A stretch of DNA of 62,905 nucleotides, filler included, from Nitrospinae bacterium RIFCSPLOWO2_12_FULL_45_22 (lineage in GTDB: Bacteria; 2-12-FULL-45-22): assembly GCA_001803565.1 (NCBI GenBank). It is 8 parts of 8 records of this genome, joined end to end, with 100 filler letters (N's around TTAATTAATTAA, not from the genome) between each part and the next. Parts side by side here need not be neighbours in the genome. Positions count along the whole stretch, not along the records: positions 9,031 to 16,006 come from MHDQ01000098.1; positions 16,107 to 23,046 come from MHDQ01000099.1; 6 more parts are not named here. One strand, 5' to 3'. Of the stretch, positions 9,444 to 19,282 are shown one piece after another. The position numbers and the translations under genes are program-made. Numbering within the stretch: position 1 is the stretch's first letter; each line of letters opens with the position of its first letter. The notes under the pieces were generated by a model that was not told the origin of the DNA, searched no databases, and saw nothing but the letters and a program-made list of their open reading frames with translations.

Positions 9444-9634
9444 ATTCAGGCTTGGGCGACATAGTATTTTATTGGAATCAATGGAATAGATATTGGCAAA
9501 AATGAAAATTCCTATACAATCAAGTCATTTTCCAGTAAAATTTCCTTCTTCTAAAACTCCCCCCGAGTAAAATTAGGTAATGTTATTACCGCTGTATTTT
9601 CCCTCTCTCTTCTTTAACTACAAAGGGAAAGGTG

Positions 9635-9680
9635 ATAAAATATATTCCAAGGGAGGCAACTAAGCATAAAAATATTGGGG
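9635..9680. promoter_or_regulatory. Possible tandem NrdR boxes
   Basis: ATAAAATATATTCCAA (9635) and CATAAAAATATTGGGG (9665) partly match acaCwAtATaTwGtgt, upstream of nrdJ. Confidence 0.3.
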
Positions 9681-9767
9681 TACGGGTTTATCTGTGCCCT
9701 AAATAAATCCAATCAAACGCTATTTTCTTAGCAACGCGAGAGGGGGTTAGAAGAAAATAATTGGGCT

Positions 9768-11588
9768 ATGCAGGTTGAAGAAAAGTTGGAATTAACCTAT
9801 AATGCCCTGAGGGTTTTAGAAAAAAGGTATTTATTGAAGGACGAGTATGGCAATCCTATCGAGACACCGGAGGAGATGTTCAGGCGGGTAGCCAGGGCAG
9901 TAGCGGCTGGTGATGAGAATGAGCAAGAAAGATGCGAGGAAGAATTTTACCAGATGATGTCCCGGCTGGAGTTTTTGCCTAATTCCCCTACTTTGATGAA
10001 TGCGGGTACCGAGAATGGGCAACTAGCCGCCTGTTTTATCCTGCCTGTACCTGACTCGATAGATGGTATATTTACTGCGATAAGGCAAATGGCCTTAATC
10101 CATCAAACCGGTGGGGGTACCGGTTTCTCTTTTTCCCGGCTGCGGCCCCGCGATGACATGGTCAAATATAAGGGCTTAGTAGCTTCAGGCCCCTTATCCT
10201 TCATGCGAGTATTTGATGGGGCAACCGATGTAGTGAAGCAGGGTGGCCGGCGGCGGGGGGCCAATATGGGCATCCTACGGATGGATCATCCTGATATCCT
10301 GGACTTTATCACAGCCAAGGAGAAAGAAGGTTTCTTAAATAATTTTAATATATCCGTAGCAGTCACCGACGAATTTATGGAGGCGGTAAAGAACCGGAGC
10401 TATTACTACCTGATAAATCCTAGAACCAACCAGAAAGTTAAACGGCTCTGGGCCCCAAAGGTATTTGATCTTATGGCCCAGATGGCCTGGAAGACCGGTG
10501 ACCCTGGCATTATCTTTCTGGACGGGATCAACCGCCATAACCCTACCCCACAAATAGGGGAGATAGAGAGTACGAATCCCTGTGGTGAACAACCTCTCTT
10601 ACCCTTTGAGTCTTGCAACCTCGGTTCTATTAACCTGGCCAGGGTAGTGAAGGATGGCCAGATTGACTGGGAGAAACTAAGATATCTGGTTAGAATTGGA
10701 GGACATTTTCTGGATAATGTTATTAATGTAACTAAATTCCCTCTACCAGAAATCGCCGGGGTTACGCTGGCTAATAGAAAGATAGGGCTAGGTATAATGG
10801 GGTTTGCAGAACTCCTTATCCAGCTTGGCATCCCCTATAATTCTTCCCAGGCTTTGACTACTGCGGAATCACTAATGAAATTCATAAGCGAAGAGGCCAA
10901 AAAAAAATCTATCGAATTAGCTCAAACCAGGGGTGCCTTTCCTAATTATCCCGGCAGCTTATGGGATAGATTGGGCTATCCCCCCATGCGTAATGCCACT
11001 ACTACCACCATCGCCCCTACCGGTACCATCAGCCTTATAGCCGGGACTAGCAGCGGTATTGAGCCCTTGTTTGCCATCGCCTTTGTCCGACATATTATGG
11101 AGGGGACAGAATTATTAGAGATTAATTCTTTATTCGAAAAAATAGCTAGAGAGAAGGGTTTTTATCAGCAAGAGATGATAGAGCAGATCGCCCAGGAAGG
11201 TACTATAAGAAAGGTATCTGGAATTCCCACCGACTTAAAACAACTCTTTGTCACCGCCTTTGATATATCGCCTGAGTGGCATGTAAGGATTCAAGCGGCT
11301 TTCCAAAAATATACCGATAATGCCGTATCTAAGACAATAAACCTCCCCCCTCATTCTACACCGGACGAAGTAAAGAAGGCCTTCTTGCTGGCCTATGATT
11401 CCAAATGTAAAGGAGTAACCGTATATCGTTACGATAGCAAAAAAGTGCAAGTCTTATACGTGGGGTCTGGGGAGCAAGGAAAGAAAAAAAGAGGGCCATC
11501 AAAGAACCTTGAGTTTCGTAACGAAAAAGAGCGTTGTTTGAAGGTAGATTCAGAGTTTGCAGGGGATTGCAAAATTTGTTTCGTCTAG
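9768..11588 (+). CDS. nrdJ: Class II (adenosylcobalamin-dependent) ribonucleotide reductase
   Basis: FLPNSPTLMNAG, LAACF, QGGRRRGANM, TNPCGEQPL, TIAPTGT, DNAVSKTIN; C-terminal CKIC. Confidence 0.95.
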   Translation: MQVEEKLELTYNALRVLEKRYLLKDEYGNPIETPEEMFRRVARAVAAGDENEQERCEEEFYQMMSRLEFLPNSPTLMNAGTENGQLAACFILPVPDSIDGIFTAIRQMALIHQTGGGTGFSFSRLRPRDDMVKYKGLVASGPLSFMRVFDGATDVVKQGGRRRGANMGILRMDHPDILDFITAKEKEGFLNNFNISVAVTDEFMEAVKNRSYYYLINPRTNQKVKRLWAPKVFDLMAQMAWKTGDPGIIFLDGINRHNPTPQIGEIESTNPCGEQPLLPFESCNLGSINLARVVKDGQIDWEKLRYLVRIGGHFLDNVINVTKFPLPEIAGVTLANRKIGLGIMGFAELLIQLGIPYNSSQALTTAESLMKFISEEAKKKSIELAQTRGAFPNYPGSLWDRLGYPPMRNATTTTIAPTGTISLIAGTSSGIEPLFAIAFVRHIMEGTELLEINSLFEKIAREKGFYQQEMIEQIAQEGTIRKVSGIPTDLKQLFVTAFDISPEWHVRIQAAFQKYTDNAVSKTINLPPHSTPDEVKKAFLLAYDSKCKGVTVYRYDSKKVQVLYVGSGEQGKKKRGPSKNLEFRNEKERCLKVDSEFAGDCKICFV

Positions 11589-11601
11589 AGGAGAACCGGC
11601 T

Positions 11602-14049
11602 ATGGATTTTAACTCCAGAAAAGTACCGATAGATAAATTACGCTGGGTATGTGATCCGAACAAGTTTGACTTTCAGAGTACCGAGACCGTCCCCCCCTTA
11701 AGTGGCTTCATTGGACAGAAGCGGGCTATTAAGGCTATAGAGTTTGGGTTAGGCATGGAGTGTCCGGGATATAACATTTATGTTGCGGGCCTTACTGGTA
11801 CTGGAAAGACTACTATAATAAAATCCTTCCTGGAAAAAATAGTAAAAGAAAAGCAGATGAAAAACCAGTGTCCTATGCCGGATGATTGGTGTTTTGTTAA
11901 TAATTTTGCTGACCCTGACCACCCCATGATCTTACAACTCCCCAGGGGACAGGGCAAGATATTAAAAGCTGAAACGGAAGAGTTGGTCAAGCAGATCCAA
12001 AACGAAATCAGCCGGGGCTTTGAGAGTGAGCAATACACCTCGCAAAAAAAACGGATCATCGAAGACAGCCAGCGCCGTCAGCACCAACTCTTTCAGGAAT
12101 TGGAGAAGAGGGCCAATGACCAGGGTTTCACCATCCAAAGCTCCCCTATGGGTCTTATGGTCATCCCCATAAAGGAAGGTAAACCCATTACCCCCGAAGA
12201 ATATCTAGCCCTGGAACAGACCGAGCGCGAAGAATTAGAACGACGCAGGATGGATTTGATGTCCAGGCTCAGTGACTCCATGAAAAATATCCAGGCCTTT
12301 GAGAAAGAAGCCCGTAAAAATGTAAAGGAATTGGATCAAAAAGTAGCCCGGTTTGCTATCGAACCCCTATTTCTGGTCCTGGAGAGACAATATCAACCCT
12401 TTCCTGAGGTCATTAACTATCTACATGCGGTACAAGAAAACGTCCTTAAAAATATTGATAGCTTTATCGGGGGGGAACCTCAAGGCCCTATCCCGGGAAT
12501 GAAGATGCCTTCTTCAGACCAGTCCTTTACCGAATATCAGGTAAATGTCTTGGTAGACAATACTGACACCCAGGGACCACCCATTATTACAGAGACCAAT
12601 CCTACCTTTGCCAATATGTTTGGTAGGATAGAAAAAAAATCGGTCTTCGGGACTTATGTTACTGATTTTACTATGATTAAACCCGGGGCAGTGAGCCTCG
12701 CTAATGGGGGCTATTTAGTAGTAAATGCCCTGGATATCTTCATTAACCCAGGGGTATGGGAGGGATTAAAAAGGGTCCTCAAAAACAAAGAAGTGAGGAT
12801 AGAAGACCTGGCTGAGCAGCTAGGCTTTTTCACTACCTCGGGCCTGAAACCCCAGCCTATCCCTACCGATGTGAAGGTCATAATGATCGGCAATACCTAT
12901 ATTTATCAGGTCCTTTATAATGTAGATGAAGATTTTAAGCGGATTTTTAAGGTAAAGGCCGATTTCGATTACCAGATTCCGCGCGATGAACAGATCATGG
13001 CCGATTATGCTGCCTTCATCTCTTCCTGCTGTAACCGTGAAAAACTAAAACATTTTGACCGTACCGGTGTAGCCAAGGTGATCGAGTATGGCGCCCGGAT
13101 CGTAGAGGATCAGAACCGCCTCTCGGCCCGTTTTAGTGATATAGTAGATATTATTCGGGAGGCTCATTACTGGGCCAGCCAGGATGATAGCAGCAATGTC
13201 CGGGCCGAGCATATAGAAAAAGCGGTAGAGGAAAAAGTGTATCGCTCTAACCTTATCCAGGAACGTATACAGGAGCTTATTACAGAAGAGACTCTATTAG
13301 TGGATGTCAGTGGCAGTAAAGTAGGACAGTTGAACGGCTTGGCAGTATATGACTTAGGAGATTTCTCCTTTGGAAAACCCTCTCGCATTACTGCCCAAAC
13401 CTTTATGGGCCGGGCCGGGGTGATCAATATTGAGAGAGAATCGAAGCTGAGTGGTAAAATCCATGACAAAGGGGTGCTTATCCTGAGTGGTTATTTAGGG
13501 GAAAAATATGCCCAGGATAAACCGTTAACCCTCTCCACCAGTATCTGTTTTGAACAATCTTACGAGGGTGTGGAGGGAGATAGCGCCTCTTTTGCTGAGC
13601 TGGCCGCCATCCTCTCCAGCTTATCGAGAGTCCCTATTAAACAGGGGATTGCAGTAACGGGCTCCATTAATCAGAAAGGAGAGATCCAACCCATTGGTGG
13701 CGTTAATCAGAAGATAGAAGGATTCTTTGATGTCTGTAAAGCAAAGGGCCTGACCGGAGATCAAGGGGTTACTATACCCCGGCAAAATGTTAAGCACCTG
13801 ATGCTAAAAAGAGAAGTTATAGAAGCGGTTAAGGGAGGAAAGTTCCATATCTATGCCATTGATAATGCAGATCAAGGTATGGAGATACTGACAGGGGTAG
13901 AGGGTGGCCAGAGGCTGGCTGATGAAGGTTCATATCCTGAAGATACTATAAATTATCTAGTAGATAAGCGGCTCAAGGAACTGGCTAAGGGGCTTAAAGA
14001 ATATCCCGCCGAAGAAAAACCTAAAGGGAAAAACACCGAAGAGGAATGA
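11602..14049 (+). CDS. Lon-like ATP-dependent protease (AAA + S16 protease domain)
   Basis: GLTGTGKT Walker A, VEGDSAS catalytic Ser, GGVNQK Lys; GAGGAG RBS before ATG 11602. Confidence 0.9.
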   Translation: MDFNSRKVPIDKLRWVCDPNKFDFQSTETVPPLSGFIGQKRAIKAIEFGLGMECPGYNIYVAGLTGTGKTTIIKSFLEKIVKEKQMKNQCPMPDDWCFVNNFADPDHPMILQLPRGQGKILKAETEELVKQIQNEISRGFESEQYTSQKKRIIEDSQRRQHQLFQELEKRANDQGFTIQSSPMGLMVIPIKEGKPITPEEYLALEQTEREELERRRMDLMSRLSDSMKNIQAFEKEARKNVKELDQKVARFAIEPLFLVLERQYQPFPEVINYLHAVQENVLKNIDSFIGGEPQGPIPGMKMPSSDQSFTEYQVNVLVDNTDTQGPPIITETNPTFANMFGRIEKKSVFGTYVTDFTMIKPGAVSLANGGYLVVNALDIFINPGVWEGLKRVLKNKEVRIEDLAEQLGFFTTSGLKPQPIPTDVKVIMIGNTYIYQVLYNVDEDFKRIFKVKADFDYQIPRDEQIMADYAAFISSCCNREKLKHFDRTGVAKVIEYGARIVEDQNRLSARFSDIVDIIREAHYWASQDDSSNVRAEHIEKAVEEKVYRSNLIQERIQELITEETLLVDVSGSKVGQLNGLAVYDLGDFSFGKPSRITAQTFMGRAGVINIERESKLSGKIHDKGVLILSGYLGEKYAQDKPLTLSTSICFEQSYEGVEGDSASFAELAAILSSLSRVPIKQGIAVTGSINQKGEIQPIGGVNQKIEGFFDVCKAKGLTGDQGVTIPRQNVKHLMLKREVIEAVKGGKFHIYAIDNADQGMEILTGVEGGQRLADEGSYPEDTINYLVDKRLKELAKGLKEYPAEEKPKGKNTEEE

Positions 14050-14120
14050 TCCTGGGGGCCGGTTCAGGATAGGGGAAAGAGTCGGATTAGCTCATCCTGG
14101 CCAGCTTTCCTCTTATCTGG

Positions 14121-14507
14121 GTGAAGGAGGAGTTAGAGGAAAAACAGACTAGATTAGAGGAAGGACAAAGAGAGTTAACTACCAGAATAACCAAATTGGA
14201 AGAGGGACAAAAAAATCTAGTAGAGGGACAAAGGGGGTTAAGAGAAGGACAAATAAAGATAGAGGAAGGGCAAAAGGCCTTAGTCCAACGGATAGATGCT
14301 CTGAAGGACCTGACCTATGTGCTTCTCGGTGGTATCCTTGCCCTGGTTGGTTTCGTGCTATGGGATAGGAGAAGTACTATATCACCAGTAATACAGAAGA
14401 CCAAAGAATTAGAAAAAAGTGCCGACTTAACTATGAAGATACTCGAAGAATATGCCCGGAAGGAACCCAAGATGGCCGAGGTACTTAAATCCCTGGGAAT
14501 TCGATGA
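14121..14507 (+). CDS. Coiled-coil protein with heptad repeats and one transmembrane helix
   Basis: Repeated EGQ heptads, then LTYVLLGGILALVGFVLWDRR. Confidence 0.65.
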   Translation: MKEELEEKQTRLEEGQRELTTRITKLEEGQKNLVEGQRGLREGQIKIEEGQKALVQRIDALKDLTYVLLGGILALVGFVLWDRRSTISPVIQKTKELEKSADLTMKILEEYARKEPKMAEVLKSLGIR

Positions 14508-14520
14508 GGACTAGGAAGTT

Positions 14521-14660
14521 GTAACCGTTCACTAGAGCTGTCACCCTGAGCGGAGCGACCTGTCTGTGTGCAACGCACAGACAGAAGGGTCTTGAAAGAG
14601 AAAGATTCTTCACTATTGCTCAGAATGACAATACTATGGGATAAATGGGTGAACGGTCAC
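14521..14660. mobile_element. MITE-like element (12-bp terminal inverted repeats) carrying a REP-like palindrome
   Basis: GTAACCGTTCAC...GTGAACGGTCAC; flanks AGGAAGTT/GGTAAGTT match 6/8; internal TGTCACCCTGAGC...GCTCAGAATGACA. Confidence 0.65.
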
Positions 14661-14704
14661 GGTAAGTTTATGACTGTGGCAAAGGGAACGGGAGTTGGGT
14701 CTGG

Positions 14705-14733
14705 TTGACAGGGAAAGCCCCCTGTGTTATAAA
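14705..14733 (+). promoter_or_regulatory. sigma70-type promoter of the APC permease
   Basis: TTGACA-17-TATAAA with TG extension. Confidence 0.6.
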
Positions 14734-14773
14734 CTCCAAACTTCAAGCAAGGAACTGGACAGAAGGGGTTTAA

Positions 14774-16006
14774 GTGCCAAATAATCTAGAGAATCCAGGA
14801 GAACAACCTGAACTGCGCCGCGACGTTACTGTCTGGGGCTCCTTTATGTGGGGCTTTGCCGATGTGGGCGCTAATTGCTTTCTTGCTCTGGGACTGGTTT
14901 TGGGTGCTGCCCAAGGAGCAGGAACATTAGCTTTTGCCCTGGCAGGCATAGTGTATATCATGATAGGCCTGGCTTACACTGAGCTGGCCTCTGCCTATCC
15001 CGTGGCCGGTGGTGGGCCCTATTTTGCTCTACGGGGGTTAGGGGACTTCTGGGGATTTGTTGCTGGATCTGCTTTATTATTAGACTATACTATAGACATA
15101 GCCTTGTTTGCTACCGCCTCCGCTGGCTATCTTAACTATTTTTTCCCTTTCTTTACTGGACATGGAATCGAAGAGTTTGCCCTAAATTTGGGCCCATTGA
15201 AACAGGTAAACCCCCTTTGGTGCCTGGAAGCCTTAACCATTATAGCTATTCTCATCTGGATCAATATCCGGGGTGTTAAGGAATCCTCCTCCTTAAACGG
15301 AATTATTGGGGCTATAGTAATCCTTACCGAGGGTGCCTTAGTGGTTATGGGGCTGGTACTGGCCTGGCGGCCAGAATTGGTGGCCCATCAATGGAAGGCA
15401 GAATTTCCTACCCTGAACCAGTTTATGTATGGGTCTTCGTTAGCCATTATCTCCTTTATAGGCTTAGAATCTATTTCCCAGGCCGCCCAGGAGACCCGCC
15501 GTCCGGCATCTATTATCCCCCGCACCTCCATCGCCTTGATCTTTAGTGTGTTTGTCTTTTCTATTGCTTTCTCCACCCTGGGCTTGGGGGTATTGGACTG
15601 GCGTATCTTTGCTGAGAATGAAGGGAATCCGGTGGCAGTCCTGGCAAAGGCTATCCCTTATATTGGTATTATTGCTGGACCTTTCACAGCCGGCGTGGGT
15701 GCGTTGATCCTATTTATTTCTGCTAATACCGGTGTAATGGGGGCCTCACGCCTCACTTATTCCATGAGTGAATTTAAGATAATCAGTCCCTGGTTCCATG
15801 CTGTCCATCCCAAATATCATACCCCGATCAGAACCATATGGGTATTCTCCCTTATAGCTATCATTCAAACTCTCCTCTCCTTTTTAACACCCAGTGCTAT
15901 GGATACCCTGGCTAATATGTACGCTTTTGGGGCTACTCTGGGTTATACGTTGGTGTTTATCGCCCTGATTAAGCTACGTTTCTCTGATCCATATACTCCA
16001 AGACCT
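14774..16006 (+). CDS. APC-family amino acid permease, 3'-truncated
   Basis: ELRRDVT, YTELASAYPVAGG, FIGLESISQAAQE; many transmembrane helices. Confidence 0.9.
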
Positions 16007-16106
16007 NNNNNNNNNNNNNNNNNNNNNNNNNNNNNNNNNNNNNNNNNNNNTTAATTAATTAANNNNNNNNNNNNNNNNNNNNNNNNNNNNNNNNNNNNNN
16101 NNNNNN
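16007..16106. other. Artificial contig linker
   Basis: N44-TTAATTAATTAA-N44. Confidence 0.98.
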
Positions 16107-16550
16107 AAGCTCCTGATAATAGGCAATGGGGGTAGTGCGGCTGATGCCCAGCATATGGCCGGGGAGCTGATAGGAAGATTCAAAGGAGAACGAGCACCCC
16201 TGGCGGCTATTGCCCTTACGACTGATACCTCGGTCATGACTTGCTTGGGGAATGATTATGGATTTGATAAGATATTTTTGCGGCAGATAGAGGCATTGGC
16301 CAACCCAGGCGATGCTGTGCTGGCAATAACTACCAGTGGCCAGTCAGAAAATATTATCCAGGGAGTCATCATGGCAAAGAAAAAAGGGGCTCTGACCCTG
16401 GGATTGTTAGGTAAAGATGGGGGCAAGGTGCAGGAATTGCTCGATCGGGCCGTTGTAGTGCCATCCGACGATACTCAACGGATTCAGGAGGCCCACCTGG
16501 TTATTGAACATATCCTTTGTGAACTAATTGATAATCATTTTAGCATATGA
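16107..16550 (+). CDS. gmhA: Sedoheptulose-7-phosphate isomerase, 5'-truncated
   Basis: KLLIIGNGGSAADAQHM, GNDYGFD, TTSGQSEN, RIQEAH. Confidence 0.93.
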   Translation, partial: KLLIIGNGGSAADAQHMAGELIGRFKGERAPLAAIALTTDTSVMTCLGNDYGFDKIFLRQIEALANPGDAVLAITTSGQSENIIQGVIMAKKKGALTLGLLGKDGGKVQELLDRAVVVPSDDTQRIQEAHLVIEHILCELIDNHFSI

Positions 16551-16667
16551 TCCCAAATTATGCTCCGCCAAGACGGATAAGCTCGTGCCTATGTCCGTAT
16601 TTAATACCGGTCACGGACACGGAAAACGGTCACGGTTTTTGCGTCCCCGCAAAAAGGGTTTTCTGAT

Positions 16668-18137
16668 ATGAAGCAGATATTGCAACAGATACTGACAGGG
16701 ATCTCCAGCGGTAAGATTAAGATATTGGTTTTAGGTGATATTATTTATGACGAGTATATCTGGGGAAATATAGAGCGGATATCGCCTGAAGCCCCCATAC
16801 CCGTTTTGGAATGGGTAGGAGATAACTCTGCTTTAGGTGGTGCGGCCAATGTTGCGCATAACCTTTGCCAGCTTGGGGCCAAAGTGTATCTAGTAGGGGT
16901 GGTGGGGGCTGATGAACATGGTTATAAGCTAAAAGAGCGGTTAAAGGAATCAGGGATAGAGACGGGGGGGATTTTTACTGACCCGCATAGGCCCACTACC
17001 TGCAAGACCCGGATCCTGGCCCATAACCAGCAGATCATCAGGATTGATAAAGAAATCACCCAACCGATCCCTGACCCAATAGAAGTACATATCCTGGAAT
17101 ATATAAGGCTCATTGGCCCCGAAATGGTGGGGATAATATGCTCCGATTATCTTAAAGGTCTCCTGAAGGAATCTCTCCTGAAGCAACTAATCCGTATGGC
17201 GAAAGAATGGGATAAGCTCCTATTGGTTGATCCGAAAGGGAGGGATTTTTCTAAATATCAGGGTGCCTACGCCCTGACTCCTAATCTTAAAGAAACAGAG
17301 ATAGCCTCTGGGATAAGGATCACTACAGAAGCGGACCTAGAGAGGGCAGCCAGTAGCCTATCCCAACTGGTCAATTGCCATACGCTCCTGGTTACCCGCG
17401 GGAAAGATGGCCTGTCGCTGTTCCAGAAAGGGCACTCCCCTACCCATATACCTACCGTAGCCAAAGAGGTTTATGATGTTACCGGTGCGGGGGATACCGT
17501 TATAAGTCTCTTTGGCCTATCTCTGTTTTTGGGTTATGATCCTATTGATGCTGCCCGGTTAGCCAATGTAGGCGCGGGCATAGTCGTAGGGAAGCTGGGT
17601 ACTGCCCCTCTCAGCCGCCGGGAACTAGCAGAATATCTTACTGATCAATCCCTTTACCAGAGCAAAAAAGCCCTTACTTTGACCGAGCTGCTACCCATTG
17701 TTAATCTCGCCCGCACCCAGGGGAAAACCATTGTATTTACTAATGGGTGCTTCGATCTGCTCCACGTGGGCCATATCCAGTACCTCCAGAAGGCTAAGGC
17801 CCTGGGTAATATCCTCATTATAGGATTGAACGATGATAACTCTGTGAGGACATTGAAAGGCCATCCCCGTCCCCTCATCAGCCAGGAAGAACGTGCCAAT
17901 ATATTAGCTGCCCTGGGATGTATAGACTATATTGTCATCTTTAGTGAGCTTACTCCAGAGGCCCTTATCCGGACTATAAAACCCCATATCCTGGTCAAAG
18001 GGGGAGATTATGCCCTGGATCAGGTGGTAGGCCGGGATATAGTAGAGAGTTATGGTGGTCGAACGGAGATAATACCCTATATGGCTGGTTATTCTACAAC
18101 TGGATTGATAGAAAAGATCGTACAAAACTATGTCTAA
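16668..18137 (+). CDS. hldE: Bifunctional heptose-7-phosphate kinase / heptose-1-phosphate adenylyltransferase
   Basis: RISPEAP, GGAANVA, VYDVTGAGDT; VFTNGCFDLLHVGH, LVKGGDY. Confidence 0.96.
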   Translation: MKQILQQILTGISSGKIKILVLGDIIYDEYIWGNIERISPEAPIPVLEWVGDNSALGGAANVAHNLCQLGAKVYLVGVVGADEHGYKLKERLKESGIETGGIFTDPHRPTTCKTRILAHNQQIIRIDKEITQPIPDPIEVHILEYIRLIGPEMVGIICSDYLKGLLKESLLKQLIRMAKEWDKLLLVDPKGRDFSKYQGAYALTPNLKETEIASGIRITTEADLERAASSLSQLVNCHTLLVTRGKDGLSLFQKGHSPTHIPTVAKEVYDVTGAGDTVISLFGLSLFLGYDPIDAARLANVGAGIVVGKLGTAPLSRRELAEYLTDQSLYQSKKALTLTELLPIVNLARTQGKTIVFTNGCFDLLHVGHIQYLQKAKALGNILIIGLNDDNSVRTLKGHPRPLISQEERANILAALGCIDYIVIFSELTPEALIRTIKPHILVKGGDYALDQVVGRDIVESYGGRTEIIPYMAGYSTTGLIEKIVQNYV

Positions 18138-18142
18138 TAAAT

Positions 18143-18227
18143 TGTTCAAAGTGCAAAGTTCAAGGTTAACCCAATCTATAGCTTTGCCCTTTGAACTTCC
18201 CAGAACCTTGCACCTTGAACCTTGAAC
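18143..18227. repeat. Heptamer-repeat palindrome
   Basis: GTTCAAA-GTGCAAA-GTTCAAG mirrored by CTTGCAC-CTTGAAC-CTTGAAC. Confidence 0.65.
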
Positions 18228-18236
18228 AAAATTAAT

Positions 18237-19214
18237 ATGGCTTGGAAATATCCTTTCCCAGAACTTCCTTTCCATAAAGTAAATACCTATCCCCTGTCCC
18301 AGAGGAAAAACCTGGTCGGGCAAGAAAACCTGGTGGATTTAAGCCGCTGGCAGGCCAGTGGTGAAGTCTGGGACCTTATCCCTGACATCCTGAAAGGGAG
18401 AGAGCTAAAGGCCCTGGTAGAAGCGATTATTGCTGCCCGTGAAAAAGGAAAGCCAGTAATCTTTGGTCTCGGGGCCCATGTTATCAAATGCGGCCTGAGC
18501 CCTATAATAGTAGATATGATGAAAAGGGGACTCTTGCAAGGTATAGCTATGACTGGTGCGGGTGCCATACATGATTATGAGTTGAGCTTAATAGGCGCGA
18601 CCTCAGAAGATGTAGCTCAAGTCCTGGCTGAAGGTGAGTTTGGTTTTGCAGAAGAGACTGGCAGACTGATGAATGAGGCACTGAAGAAACATACCCAGGA
18701 CAAGGTGGGTATAGGAGAAGCCTTGGGCAAAGATATATCCCAGCAAAATTTTAAATACAAAAATCTCAGCGTCCTGGCAACCGGTTTTGAACTTGATTTA
18801 CCGGTCACTGTCCATCTGGCTATTGGCACGGACATCATCAACCTCCATCCTTCCACTGATCCTGGTCTTTTGGGGCAAGGTACTTACAGCGATTTCCAGC
18901 TATTTTGTTCGCTGGTAGCCCAATTAGATGGTGGGGGTTGCTATCTGAATGTAGGTTCTGCCGTAATCCTTCCCGAGGTCTTCCTTAAGGCCGTTAGTAT
19001 CAGTAAAAATCTGGGCTATCTTAAAAATGGCTTCACTACAGCTAACCTGGATATGATCCAGCACTACCGGCCTATAACGAACGTGGTTAACCGCCCTACC
19101 AGGCCATATGGACAGGGCTATGGGATAACCGGACACCACGAAATTCTTATCCCTCTACTTTACTACTTAATCTTATCCCGGATAAGAGCTAATGCTGGGG
19201 AGGGGCCCGCGTAA
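18237..19214 (+). CDS. Deoxyhypusine-synthase-like conserved protein
   Basis: GAHVIKCGL, GAIHDYE, TSEDV, GSAVILPEVFLKA, GHHEI motifs. Confidence 0.7.
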   Translation: MAWKYPFPELPFHKVNTYPLSQRKNLVGQENLVDLSRWQASGEVWDLIPDILKGRELKALVEAIIAAREKGKPVIFGLGAHVIKCGLSPIIVDMMKRGLLQGIAMTGAGAIHDYELSLIGATSEDVAQVLAEGEFGFAEETGRLMNEALKKHTQDKVGIGEALGKDISQQNFKYKNLSVLATGFELDLPVTVHLAIGTDIINLHPSTDPGLLGQGTYSDFQLFCSLVAQLDGGGCYLNVGSAVILPEVFLKAVSISKNLGYLKNGFTTANLDMIQHYRPITNVVNRPTRPYGQGYGITGHHEILIPLLYYLILSRIRANAGEGPA

Positions 19215-19282
19215 CTGGTTAGCCAAATAAAGGATCCGCAATATGTGTTCTTAGCTAGACAAATTAGCTCAGGAGGAAAGAG

